Positions 1 through 8,578 of a DNA stretch of 64,000 nt are shown in pieces. This DNA comes from Actinomycetes bacterium (GTDB lineage: Bacteria; Actinomycetota; Actinomycetes; JAHEKZ01): assembly GCA_036274415.1 (NCBI GenBank), contig DASUFV010000064.1, positions 2,064-66,063 on the forward strand, in the 5' to 3' direction. Each line of letters begins with the position of its first letter. Within the stretch, counting starts at the first letter, position 1. The notes beneath the pieces were generated by a model. The model saw only the letters and a list, made by a program, of their open reading frames with translations. It searched no databases and was not told the DNA's origin. The position numbers and the translations under genes are program-made.

Positions 1-138
1 GAGGTTGACTGGAGCGAACGGGCGAAGGGTATGATCCACGTCAAGCTCATGGGCCGCACCGGCAAGCTCAAGCAGCGCTTCACCTATGCCCTGATCGCCG
101 TCCGCTCGATCGAGAGCAAGGTGGAGGAAGACGAGTGA
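1..138 (+). CDS. 3' end of a gene of unknown function (partial, continues upstream of the window)
   Basis: Frame 1 is open from base 1 to TGA at 136-138. High GC3. The next gene starts at a GTG overlapping this stop. Confidence 0.45.
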   Translation, partial: EVDWSERAKGMIHVKLMGRTGKLKQRFTYALIAVRSIESKVEEDE

Positions 139-440
139 GGTCCGAGTCCGAGATCCGCTGGGTCCGCGTGCGGAACAACGTGGCTCAGGCCGTCAAGTAC
201 AGCGACTGGCACGCCATCATCCCGGGCTACGGGTCGCTGGACATCCCGCCCGGGACGGCCTGCGGCGTGTCGCTGACGGGCAGTACGCAGTTCGAGCCGC
301 ATAGCGGGATCCGGCACAAGGACGGCAAGATCCACGACCGCTGCATGGCGCTGGCCGAAGCGTGGGTCGCTGGCATCGACCCCGAGCCCGGCCCGTGGAC
401 ACCGGATCCCGAGCCGCCCGAGCTGGCGCCACCGGGATGA
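135..440 (+). CDS. hypothetical protein
   Basis: ORF-track ORF with a GTG start overlapping the upstream stop. Stop overlaps the next ATG (ATGA). Confidence 0.5.
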   Translation: MRSESEIRWVRVRNNVAQAVKYSDWHAIIPGYGSLDIPPGTACGVSLTGSTQFEPHSGIRHKDGKIHDRCMALAEAWVAGIDPEPGPWTPDPEPPELAPPG

Positions 441-739
441 ACGGGCCGTACGTCAATGGCGACGGCGACGTTTGGATCGAGCGCGGGACAGCCCCTTGGC
501 CGCGCATCCAGCGCGAAGCCTTCAATGTGCTCTACGAGATGGGGTGGGGCCGTGCGGATGGGTACTCGATGGAGTACCAAGGCGCCGAGAAAGACGTTCG
601 AGTCTCCGATGAGCACGAGTATCCGCACGGCGACGATGACGGTTGCGCTGACTATCAGGGCAAGGATTACAACGACCCGGGCTTCGAGCCATGCTGCCGA
701 TCCATCGAGGCGCACCACTTCCGGGGAGTCGAACGATGA
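437..739 (+). CDS. hypothetical protein (acidic, D/E/G-rich)
   Basis: ATG at 437 overlaps the upstream stop (ATGA). This is the coding part of track ORF 362..739. Confidence 0.5.
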   Translation: MNGPYVNGDGDVWIERGTAPWPRIQREAFNVLYEMGWGRADGYSMEYQGAEKDVRVSDEHEYPHGDDDGCADYQGKDYNDPGFEPCCRSIEAHHFRGVER

Positions 740-939
740 AACCGATCGATCCTGATGCGACACCCGTCCATATCGCTCGCCAGCGCGGCGGCCGCACCGG
801 GCTCGTCCACGGCCCGGCACCGATGCTCCCCCGGGAGTTCACCCGGGCCCACGCCCTGAAGGACCGCAAGGGTCGGAAGGGCGCCAAGGCCCGAGCCAGG
901 ATGAAGCGCTGCCTGTTGCGGAGGTACGGCATCGCATGA
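736..939 (+). CDS. hypothetical small basic protein
   Basis: ATG at 736 in an ATGA overlap with the previous stop. Part of track ORF 691..939. Confidence 0.45.
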   Translation: MKPIDPDATPVHIARQRGGRTGLVHGPAPMLPREFTRAHALKDRKGRKGAKARARMKRCLLRRYGIA

Positions 940-1178
940 GTCACCCCAACGAGGTCAGCTGGCCCGAGGTGCCCGGAATGATCCAGATGACCCTGGCGAC
1001 TTTTGTCCCCGGGAAGGGCTGGCTGACGACGAAGCGATCAATGATCTACGGCGGTAGGCACGGGGAACCGCCGATGATCGACGACATCGAGAAGGCACAC
1101 GAGATCATGTCGCACGAGTTGAGGACCGGCCTCCGGGCCATGAAGCATCGACTGGACCAGGAAGATGATCTGGCTTGA
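936..1178 (+). CDS. hypothetical protein
   Basis: ATGA overlap at 936-939. 80-aa ORF. Confidence 0.5.
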   Translation: MSHPNEVSWPEVPGMIQMTLATFVPGKGWLTTKRSMIYGGRHGEPPMIDDIEKAHEIMSHELRTGLRAMKHRLDQEDDLA

Positions 1179-1404
1179 CGAGCCGTACCCCGTGCGGCTA
1201 GCGAGCGGCTTCGAGGCGCTGATCCACGGGTTCTACGTGACGTTTGCCCCGAACCAGGTGTTACGCCAGTCGCTTTGCGTGATGCTGGTCGACGAGGAAG
1301 GCGTCCTGTCGGGCTTGCCGGTCGACGAACTCGGGATCGAACTTCCGTGGCGCTACGACCGCCAGGCCCGCAAGTGGGTCAATACTGAACTGGCTGAGAC
1401 GTGA
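1165..1404 (+). CDS. hypothetical protein
   Basis: 79-aa ORF that abuts the next gene. ATG 1405 immediately follows its stop. Confidence 0.5.
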   Translation: MIWLDEPYPVRLASGFEALIHGFYVTFAPNQVLRQSLCVMLVDEEGVLSGLPVDELGIELPWRYDRQARKWVNTELAET

Positions 1405-1596
1405 ATGGACCACTCCCTCTACGATCCGGGCCTTGCGAGCCCGCCGTCGCCCTATGACGATCCGACGCCCTGCCCCGAATGCGGTGTCGAGGACATGGAG
1501 TATGGCGAGCACGAGGAGGATTGCCCGAGCGGCTACCCGACCAAGGAGAGCTACGACTCCAACTGGCACCCCGTTCTCGGGCCAGGTCCCCGATGA
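1405..1596 (+). CDS. small acidic Cys-containing protein (CPECG...C, zinc-ribbon-like)
   Basis: 63-aa ORF with high GC3. The overlapping alternative-frame ORF 1433..1639 looks spurious. Confidence 0.5.
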   Translation: MDHSLYDPGLASPPSPYDDPTPCPECGVEDMEYGEHEEDCPSGYPTKESYDSNWHPVLGPGPR

Positions 1597-1635
1597 GTGT
1601 GCCCGCCTGACCCCACCCGCAGAAGGAGCTGAGAC

Positions 1636-1782
1636 GTGATCCGTTTTCACCATTTGCACCAGAGGCCGGTTAGCGGCATGAATCAAGTGTTGAAGTTCTA
1701 CCGTCCCTTCACGGGTTTCGGACTCGGCATCGTGATCCTGCGCCACGAGTTCTCGGTCACGCTGGCCGAGCGAAGGAGCTGA
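1636..1782 (+). CDS. hypothetical small protein (49 aa), below the ORF-track size cutoff
   Basis: GTG at 1636 is preceded by GAAGGAGCTGAGAC. The frame is open to TGA 1780-1782. GC3 about 79%. Confidence 0.3.
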   Translation: MIRFHHLHQRPVSGMNQVLKFYRPFTGFGLGIVILRHEFSVTLAERRS

Positions 1783-1785
1783 GAC

Positions 1786-1992
1786 GTGAGCGAGACAGCG
1801 CCGGGACCGTGCATTTGGAAGCCGTGCGTGGCGACCTGGAGGCATTGGCACGGCGGGTTCCCCGGCGGCTATGACAACCCCGATGATCCCGAAGGCCCGC
1901 CCATCCCATTCGAGGGCGACGATCCTGAGCCCGGAGCAGTCCGCGACTACAACGGCGCGATCCTAGCCGCCTCCGAAGGAGCTGAGACGTGA
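1786..1992 (+). CDS. hypothetical protein (N-terminus MSETA)
   Basis: GTG start embedded in the repeated cassette CGAAGGAGCTGAGACGTGAGCGAGACAGCG. Confidence 0.5.
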   Translation: MSETAPGPCIWKPCVATWRHWHGGFPGGYDNPDDPEGPPIPFEGDDPEPGAVRDYNGAILAASEGAET

Positions 1993-2252
1993 GCGAGACA
2001 GCGACGGCACAACGATCCATTGACCGTTTCAACGAAGCAGACGAGTACATGCGTGACGCGGATGTCCTGTATGCCGACGTTGACAGGATTGCGGAAGCCC
2101 TCCGACGCGCGGACTACATGAACTGGACGGCGGCTGAGGTCGCCGAAAAGATCGCCGGTACCGTTGAGCACTTGATCTGGAAGGCGTATGACCGCGGAGT
2201 CACACACGGGATTGAGTTCGCCCGCCTCCGAGGAGACACCGATGAGTCCTGA
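1989..2252 (+). CDS. hypothetical protein (N-terminus MSETA)
   Basis: GTG start in the second full copy of the cassette. GTGA overlap with the upstream stop. Confidence 0.5.
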   Translation: MSETATAQRSIDRFNEADEYMRDADVLYADVDRIAEALRRADYMNWTAAEVAEKIAGTVEHLIWKAYDRGVTHGIEFARLRGDTDES

Positions 2253-2493
2253 CGAGCTGGCGGCGATCAGGGAGCGGCATGAAGCCGCGATGGCCGAAAC
2301 GCCGCGCCCCACCAATGAGATGTGGTCTCGCGAGAGGGTCGGGGAGGCGTACCTTCAGGCGATCCTCGACCGCCGCGCCCTCCTCGCCCACATCGACGCG
2401 CTGGAGGCGACCGTAGGCAACCACGACGAGAACTGCGACGATCACTGCACGCTCCGAATGGAACTCGAAGCCCTCCTCCGAGGTTGCCTATGA
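2242..2493 (+). CDS. hypothetical protein
   Basis: ATG at 2242 (MSPDELAAIRE...) overlaps the upstream gene by 11 nt. Coding part of track ORF 2188..2493. Confidence 0.45.
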   Translation: MSPDELAAIRERHEAAMAETPRPTNEMWSRERVGEAYLQAILDRRALLAHIDALEATVGNHDENCDDHCTLRMELEALLRGCL

Positions 2494-2594
2494 CCCGCGA
2501 GCCGCACGACGACCACCGCGACACCCTTCTCCAAGTGGCTGTGGTTTGGCTTGGGTTCCTTGGCATCATGTTCGTTTGGTCGTTGGCACGATGA
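2490..2594 (+). CDS. small membrane protein (34 aa, one TM helix)
   Basis: ATG at 2490 in an ATGA overlap. Hydrophobic stretch VVWLGFLGIMFVWSL. Confidence 0.35.
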   Translation: MTREPHDDHRDTLLQVAVVWLGFLGIMFVWSLAR

Positions 2595-2706
2595 CCCGCG
2601 CGCCGCGGACACTGGAGCAAACCCCCTAGACGCGCCAAACCGCACGCGTGTAGGATCGCGTGCAGCACAACACATAGTCAGCCCGCAAGGGCAGATCCGG
2701 ACGGTC

Positions 2707-2745
2707 GGGTCGGTCGCTCATCTGAGCAGACCGACCCTTCTTTAT
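2707..2745 (+). terminator. candidate intrinsic terminator
   Basis: 9-bp stem GGGTCGGTC/GACCGACCC (2707-2715 and 2729-2737) followed by TTCTTTAT. Confidence 0.4.
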
Positions 2746-2760
2746 GCCACCGAGGAACCG

Positions 2761-3126
2761 ATGGAGCTCTCCGTTACGGTCTCGGCCCACTTCGATGCCC
2801 AGCATCGCATCGCCGATTACCCACCCTGCGCGGATCCGCACGGTCATAGCTGGACGGTCGAGGCCACCGTGTCAGGCGACCTCGACCCGAAGTCGGGCTG
2901 GGTCCCTGGTTCGACGTTTCTCGAGCAGGACGTACGACTCATGGCCGAGGAGCTCAACCGCAGCGATCTCAACGTCTTGCTCCCGGGAACGGTGACCAGC
3001 CCGCTCGGCATCGCCGGGTACTTCCTCGAACGACTCGCTCTGCGCTTCCAGCGCCTGACGAGCGTGCGGGTCTCGTGCTCTGACGGCACGGCGGGAGAAG
3101 TCCGACGGACGCCGCGGCAGTTGTAG
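2761..3126 (+). CDS. queD: 6-pyruvoyl-tetrahydropterin synthase / QueD-like protein
   Basis: ATG 2761 preceded by GAGGAA. Cys...HGH motif (PPCADPHGHSWTVEA) typical of the PTPS/QueD fold. About 121 aa. Confidence 0.55.
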   Translation: MELSVTVSAHFDAQHRIADYPPCADPHGHSWTVEATVSGDLDPKSGWVPGSTFLEQDVRLMAEELNRSDLNVLLPGTVTSPLGIAGYFLERLALRFQRLTSVRVSCSDGTAGEVRRTPRQL

Positions 3127-3182
3127 GCGAACTCCAGTACTTCTCGTCGAGCACGCTCGTTCCCAACACGTGGAACCCGAAC

Positions 3183-3746
3183 GTGATGACCGTCGAGGAG
3201 CGAGATCGCCTGGCGCACGTGATCCGCACATTCGGGTTCCTCGACCCGCTCACTGTGCGGAAGCACCCGGCGATGGCCGGGAAGATGGAGATCATCGACG
3301 GCGAGAACCGCTGGACAGTAGGCATCGGTGAGGGGCTGTCGGAGTTCCCGTGTTGGGTGATCGAGGCAGATGATGCTGTCGCGCGTCAGCTAACCCCGAT
3401 CCTCAACGAGCTCCACGGCACGCCGGACCAGGACAAGCTGCGCGAGCTGCTGACCGACCTGCAGGAACGGGTCGGAGAGGAACGGCTGCGCGAGGCCATG
3501 CCGTTCAGCCGCGAGCGGTTCGACGAGATCATGGGTCAGATCAGCGTCGACTGGGGTGCGCTCGAACAGAAGCGTGCCGCGATTGAGCACGGTGGTGAGG
3601 AGCGCTGGGTGGAGCGGGTGTACCGGATGCCGCTCCTCGTGGCCGAAGTCGTCGACCAGGCCATCGCGAAGGCGAAGGACGAAGCCAACGCCGAGCTCGA
3701 CTGGCAAGGATTGGAGTTCGTCTGTGCAGAATTCATGGGACGGTGA
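3183..3746 (+). CDS. ParB-like nuclease-domain protein
   Basis: N-terminal motif LDPLTVRK...EIIDGENRW resembles the ParB/Srx N-domain. Such genes are common next to phage packaging genes. Confidence 0.55.
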   Translation: MMTVEERDRLAHVIRTFGFLDPLTVRKHPAMAGKMEIIDGENRWTVGIGEGLSEFPCWVIEADDAVARQLTPILNELHGTPDQDKLRELLTDLQERVGEERLREAMPFSRERFDEIMGQISVDWGALEQKRAAIEHGGEERWVERVYRMPLLVAEVVDQAIAKAKDEANAELDWQGLEFVCAEFMGR

Positions 3747-3780
3747 CGACAAGCACGAAGGACCGCACTTCACCCTGACG

Positions 3781-4005
3781 GTGTTCCCCGACGGGAAGGC
3801 GATCCTGACCACACCCGATGACGTCGAGCCCGATCAGTTCGAGTCCATCCAGACGATGATGCGCCAGTGGGTGGCCGACAAGGCCAACCGCCCGCTGTTC
3901 ATCGGCAAGTGCGTCGTCCAAGTCATGGCGCTGCCGCTGCACGAGTTCAACGTCGTGCCGGGATCCATGCAGGCCGACAACTTCGCCCGGCCGGGAGAGG
4001 CATGA
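3781..4005 (+). CDS. hypothetical protein (start uncertain)
   Basis: Coding-looking C-terminal part of track ORF 3556..4005. Its upstream part is the off-frame of the ParB-like gene. The first in-frame GTG after the upstream stop is at 3781. Confidence 0.4.
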   Translation: MFPDGKAILTTPDDVEPDQFESIQTMMRQWVADKANRPLFIGKCVVQVMALPLHEFNVVPGSMQADNFARPGEA

Positions 4006-4601
4006 ACAGCAAGTACGATTGGGAGGCACTCGAGCTCGAGTTCGTCACCGGACCCGAGGACCAGAGCGTCCGGTCGTTCGCTGCAGCCAACGGCATCGAC
4101 TCGTGGAGTGTGGTCAACGACCAGGCCAACAAGCGCGAGTGGAAGCGCAAGCGCGCTGAGCACCACGCCGACAAGCGGCGCAAGTCGATCGTGGCGATCG
4201 AGGATGCGACCGCCGAGAAGATCGCCAAGGTCAAGACCGACGCGCTCGACGTGATCCACGCCGCGATCCTGAAGATGGGTCTCGACCTGCAGGACCGGGT
4301 GGTGCTCGACTACGACCACTCGACCGGCAAGCAGTACCAACGAACCATCCCCGGCCAGACGGTCACGCCCGCCGACCTGGCGAAGCTCGTCGACAAGCTG
4401 CTCGTCCTGACAGGCAGCCCGAGCGCGATCCAGGAGAACCGGAACCTTGGCCTCAACCTCAACGGCGGCGATGCCGGATCCGGAGAAGTACCGCCCACCA
4501 TCCTTGAGCTCCTTGCGAGCGTCGCTGGAGAGCGTGGATCTTCCTCCGGAGACGTGGGACGAGCTACGCTCCCAGGCGCTTCGCGCGCTCGTACGAACTG
4601 A
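4002..4601 (+). CDS. terS: terminase small subunit
   Basis: ATG 4002 in an ATGA overlap. N-terminus MNSKYDWEALELEFVTGPEDQSVRSFAAANGID is a typical TerS HTH-type N-terminus. The 3' 131 nt overlap terL in a frame with poorer GC3. Confidence 0.65.
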   Translation: MNSKYDWEALELEFVTGPEDQSVRSFAAANGIDSWSVVNDQANKREWKRKRAEHHADKRRKSIVAIEDATAEKIAKVKTDALDVIHAAILKMGLDLQDRVVLDYDHSTGKQYQRTIPGQTVTPADLAKLVDKLLVLTGSPSAIQENRNLGLNLNGGDAGSGEVPPTILELLASVAGERGSSSGDVGRATLPGASRARTN

Positions 4602-5961
4602 CGCAGTCGAAGGGCTGATCGCCCACAACGAGTATGTCTTCGGGAACAAGGTCTTTCCGCATCACCGGCAGATGCTCGAGCACATCTTCGAGGGCATCGC
4701 CGAGCGGCGGCACAACGTCAACCTGCTCCCGCGCGGCGCCGCGAAGACGACGCACGGCAACACCGGGCTGTGTTCTTGGCTGATTGGCAACTTCCCCGAC
4801 ATCGCGATCGGCTTGATGTCGAACACGCAGGACATGGCCGATGCCATGAGCAAGGCGGTGCGCGACACCGTCGAGTTCAATCCACGCTTCACCGAGCTGT
4901 ACGGCAACCTGAAGTCCGACAGCAAGTGGACCGACAAGGAATGGACCCGGTCAGGGTCGAAGCTGATCGGCACCAACAACCGCACGATGTTCGCCCGGGG
5001 CGTGGGCGGGTCGATCATCAGCAAGCGCTTCGACATCATCATCCTCGACGACATCCTCGACCCGGAGAACACCGAGACTCCGGAGCAGCGTGCGAAGGTC
5101 ACCGAGTGGTTGCTCAAGGTCGTCCTGCCGTGCCTGAAGCCGGACGGCGTGGTGGTGGTGCTCGGCACCCGGTGGGCCGTCGAGGACACCTACGAGCTGC
5201 TGATCACCCCAGAGGATCAGCTGGTCGGCAACGAGCACGGCAAGGGTTGGGACCTGCTTCTGCTGAAGGCCCTCGAGGGCGACCTGAACGACCCCTCCTC
5301 GTTGACCAGCTACTGGCCTGAGTACTGGCCGGTCGACAAGCTGCTCGCCAAGCGCAAGGACCTCGGCACGCCGCTGTTCCTGTGCGCGTACCAAAATGAC
5401 GTCGAAGGACTGATGACGGGCTCGGTCTTCCCGGGCTCGTTCGAGTACTTCGACAGGCTGCCCGAGGGCAAGAGCTACACGATCCGGATGGGCATCGACC
5501 TGGCCAGCTCCGAGAAGGAGCGCGCCGACTGGACGGCCCGGGTCACGACGGCCGAGGACGAAGACGGCAACTTCTACGTCCTGTCGGTGGTCCGCGACAA
5601 GCGCGAGACGCACCATGCCGAGTTCATTCACGAGGGCTGGCTGGCTTACCCGACGATGGGTCTGGTCATCTGCGAGAGCCAGCAGTTCCAGTCGACCCTG
5701 ATCCAGGAGGTTATGGCCGACTACCCACGGATCCCGATCGAGGGTCGCCAGCAGGACACCGACAAGACCACCCGGGCGCGCGCGGTGGCAGCGAAGTATG
5801 AGGCCGGTCGGGTCAAGCATCGGAGCACCCTCCAGGGGTCCGACTTTGAGACCGAGCTCAAGGCGTTCCCGAAAGGGCACGACGACATGGTCGATGCCCT
5901 CGGGTACTCCATGGACCTCGGCGGCGATGAGTTCTTCTTCGCCGCCGTGCAGCGGAGGTAA
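4471..5961 (+). CDS. terL: terminase large subunit
   Basis: Walker A-like LLPRGAAKTT and Walker B IIILDD. C-terminal nuclease region. ATG 4471 is preferred over TTG 4447. Confidence 0.9.
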   Translation: MPDPEKYRPPSLSSLRASLESVDLPPETWDELRSQALRALVRTDAVEGLIAHNEYVFGNKVFPHHRQMLEHIFEGIAERRHNVNLLPRGAAKTTHGNTGLCSWLIGNFPDIAIGLMSNTQDMADAMSKAVRDTVEFNPRFTELYGNLKSDSKWTDKEWTRSGSKLIGTNNRTMFARGVGGSIISKRFDIIILDDILDPENTETPEQRAKVTEWLLKVVLPCLKPDGVVVVLGTRWAVEDTYELLITPEDQLVGNEHGKGWDLLLLKALEGDLNDPSSLTSYWPEYWPVDKLLAKRKDLGTPLFLCAYQNDVEGLMTGSVFPGSFEYFDRLPEGKSYTIRMGIDLASSEKERADWTARVTTAEDEDGNFYVLSVVRDKRETHHAEFIHEGWLAYPTMGLVICESQQFQSTLIQEVMADYPRIPIEGRQQDTDKTTRARAVAAKYEAGRVKHRSTLQGSDFETELKAFPKGHDDMVDALGYSMDLGGDEFFFAAVQRR

Positions 5962-5963
5962 TC

Positions 5964-6524
5964 GTGAGTTTCGACTGGGCAAGCCGTCAGAACGAGCTGG
6001 GTGGTCACAAGCACCTCGCGGTGGACATCATCGCCGAACCAGAGGCTGGCGAAGCGATCGTTGTCTATCGCAAGGCCATCGTGCTAACGAATGCCCAGAT
6101 CAATGCGCTGCCGACAACACCAATTGAGGTCATTGCCGCGCCTGGCGAGGGGCGCATTCTACAGGTCATCGGAGGTGTGCTGTCGAAACATTTCGTGGCG
6201 ACCCATTCAAACCTCGATAACGCAGCGATCTGGGCGCTTTGGTATGGCTCTGGGTCTGATGTCCTTGACAATTACCAGATGGCGTCGAGTCCCTGGCGGT
6301 TCAACGGATCGAGTGGCGACTCGTATACCTCGCTTGGGACCCCGGTATTTCCAGGCACTGGCGCGACTGACGGCTACATCATCCGCCAGTGGTCTGCTGA
6401 CGCTACCGTTGCGGTGAATCAGCCTGTCGCGCTCGCCATCGATAACGCTTCTGCGGGTGATCTGACAGGCGGCACATCCGATACCGTGACCCTCACGGTG
6501 CACTACACCACGGTGGAGACGTAA
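5964..6524 (+). CDS. hypothetical protein in a compositionally atypical gene (lower GC, AT-rich third positions)
   Basis: GTG 5964 follows GGAGGTAA. 186 aa. Noticeably lower GC than its neighbours. Confidence 0.6.
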   Translation: MSFDWASRQNELGGHKHLAVDIIAEPEAGEAIVVYRKAIVLTNAQINALPTTPIEVIAAPGEGRILQVIGGVLSKHFVATHSNLDNAAIWALWYGSGSDVLDNYQMASSPWRFNGSSGDSYTSLGTPVFPGTGATDGYIIRQWSADATVAVNQPVALAIDNASAGDLTGGTSDTVTLTVHYTTVET

Positions 6525-6528
6525 CTGC

Positions 6529-6879
6529 ATGGCCGGGATCCGGGTGCAGCATCCAGAGCAGCGCAACGTGCGCTACACCGTCGTCGAGCCGAACATCCCC
6601 TATCCGGTCCCCTACGTGTGTACCCCGCCTGAGTTCGGCGGCTGCGGGTCCACGCACCTGTTCAAGACGCATCACCTGAACCTGGACTCAACCGGGGCGG
6701 TGATCGTGTCGACCGGCGTCTTCGCGCGGATCAAGGACCGCCTGGCGCTGGATGGCTTCGTTGTTGCCAACGAGGTCAAGAAGCCGCCGAAGATCGGTAT
6801 CGGTATGAGTGCCGACAAGAGGGGCATGACCCCCGGCATCCAGATCGTCCGCTCACCACACAGCAAGGAGCCTCTCTGA
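6529..6879 (+). CDS. hypothetical protein
   Basis: 116-aa ORF. Stop overlaps the next ATG. Confidence 0.55.
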   Translation: MAGIRVQHPEQRNVRYTVVEPNIPYPVPYVCTPPEFGGCGSTHLFKTHHLNLDSTGAVIVSTGVFARIKDRLALDGFVVANEVKKPPKIGIGMSADKRGMTPGIQIVRSPHSKEPL

Positions 6880-7295
6880 TGGCCAACGCGGTCTACGTTC
6901 CCTTCCGGAATGGTGTCCTTGGTTCGCACACGACCCGTGTGGACCTCGATGCCGACAACATCAAGGCTGTCCTGACCGACCACGGCGCCGACACGCCGAA
7001 CGTCACGACGGACGACTTCCTCAACGACATCAGCGCGGGCACGATCGCGACGTCGGCGAACTTCACCGGCAAGACGATCGGCACGGTCGCAGCTGGCGTG
7101 TTCGATGCCGACAACATCACGTTCACGGCAGTGTCGGGCGCCAGCGTCGAGTCGGTGAACATCTACAAGGACTCGGGCACCGCGGCGACCAGCGACCTGA
7201 TCGCCTACTTCGACACGGGCACAGGACTCCCCGTCACGCCGAACGGTGGCGACATCACGGTCACCTGGAACGCGTCGGGCATCTTCACCTTCTAG
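6879..7295 (+). CDS. hypothetical G/T/S/A-rich protein (fibre or decoration-like)
   Basis: 138 aa. ATGA-type overlap. Confidence 0.55.
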   Translation: MANAVYVPFRNGVLGSHTTRVDLDADNIKAVLTDHGADTPNVTTDDFLNDISAGTIATSANFTGKTIGTVAAGVFDADNITFTAVSGASVESVNIYKDSGTAATSDLIAYFDTGTGLPVTPNGGDITVTWNASGIFTF

Positions 7296-7304
7296 GGGGG
7301 CCTG

Positions 7305-7865
7305 ATGGCTGACAACGTCGGGTATACGCCGGGATCCGGGGTCAGCGTCTCCACCGAGGAGGTGACGACCCTCAATGGTGGCGCTGTTTCCGCCCAGCAC
7401 GTTCAGCGCGTGGCGAATGCGCTGCGCACAGCTGACGGCACGGCGATCGACCTGCCGGGTGACTCGACCAACGGACTCGACGTCGACGTCACCCGGCTTC
7501 CTGTCCCGCACGCCTCGATCGGGACCCCTCTGTCGATCGGACTTGCGACCAGCTCGACCCAAACGAGCGCCAACCTCGTCGCGGGCACGGGCGGTCAGAG
7601 GATCTACGTCACCCATCTGACGATCGCCACCGCGGGGACCACCTCGGGTCGCGTGTCGATCTACTGGGGGACCGGCGCGTTCACGGCGGGCACGAGCCCG
7701 ACCCTGTTCGACGGCGAGTTCAAGCCATCGTCTACCAGGGAGGCCGGAGTGGCGCTGGTATTCCCATTCCCGGTCGGTGGCGCGTCTGCCACCGGCGACA
7801 ACCTGCGCATCACAACCAGTGCCGCGATGACGATCTATGTCACCGGTCAGTGCTACAAGGCGTGA
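7305..7865 (+). CDS. hypothetical G/T/S/A-rich protein
   Basis: 186-aa ORF with the same composition as its neighbours. Confidence 0.55.
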   Translation: MADNVGYTPGSGVSVSTEEVTTLNGGAVSAQHVQRVANALRTADGTAIDLPGDSTNGLDVDVTRLPVPHASIGTPLSIGLATSSTQTSANLVAGTGGQRIYVTHLTIATAGTTSGRVSIYWGTGAFTAGTSPTLFDGEFKPSSTREAGVALVFPFPVGGASATGDNLRITTSAAMTIYVTGQCYKA

Positions 7866-7868
7866 CGC

Positions 7869-8567
7869 GTGGCAATCACGCGAACGGCCAAGGGAACAGC
7901 CTCGCTCAAGACGTCCGGCACGACGCTGACGTTGGCGTCGGTGGCGATGACGACCGGGCATCTCCTTGTCGTCTCGCTGGCCTACGACGACCAGACGCTC
8001 GACTCGGTCACGTGGGGATCTCAGGCCCTGACACTTGGTGACGCCGTCCTCGGAGCCGGGGTACGAACCCGCTTGGCGTGGGGAACGATCGTCTCTGGTG
8101 GGACGCAGACCATCACAGCGACGTGGGCTGCGAGCCTCGTCGCCAAGGCATTCACCGCGTCGTCCTACAACTCGAGCGTAGGCGGGATCGTTCCGACCGA
8201 GGACAGCAACGCGACCAACACCGGGATCGGCACCAGCGCGACTACGGCCGCGCTGGCCGCGATCGTGGGTGGAACCGAGTCAATCCTCGTCGGCGTCGTC
8301 GGCACCGAGGGACCATCTGGCGACACAGCTGGCACGTGGTCAACCCCGAACACCAACGGGCAGCGAGTCGGGACGACCGGCAACCCAGCCGCTGGCAACG
8401 TGACGTGCTCTGAGGCGTATCAGCTCGCGCCGTCCGCGGCCAGCACGCCCTCGCTGTCCAAGACGGGCATGACCAGTCGGGATTGGGGAGCCGCGCTGCG
8501 CGCGTTCTACTGGGCGGCCCCGGCGACCGACACAGGTGGCCTACTCGGTAGTGGCTTCTTCGGCTAA
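7869..8567 (+). CDS. hypothetical G/T/S/A-rich protein
   Basis: GTG start. 232 aa. Confidence 0.55.
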   Translation: MAITRTAKGTASLKTSGTTLTLASVAMTTGHLLVVSLAYDDQTLDSVTWGSQALTLGDAVLGAGVRTRLAWGTIVSGGTQTITATWAASLVAKAFTASSYNSSVGGIVPTEDSNATNTGIGTSATTAALAAIVGGTESILVGVVGTEGPSGDTAGTWSTPNTNGQRVGTTGNPAAGNVTCSEAYQLAPSAASTPSLSKTGMTSRDWGAALRAFYWAAPATDTGGLLGSGFFG

Positions 8568-8578
8568 GGAGGTAATCC

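Noticed and set aside
1433-1639. 68-aa ORF ending ...PPAEGAET, plus the recurrence of 'EGAET' at several ORF ends and of GGAGCTGAGAC inside gene 15744..16037
   Set aside because: It is the repeated SD/start cassette read in-frame. The overlapping frame 1405..1596 has the better codon bias. The 15.8 kb occurrence is a single 11-mer inside coding sequence, likely chance.
3556-3780. Upstream two-thirds of track ORF 3556..4005 as a long gene overlapping the ParB-like gene
   Set aside because: The translation is Arg/Ser-rich and is the off-frame of the ParB-like gene. Only the part after 3781 looks coding.
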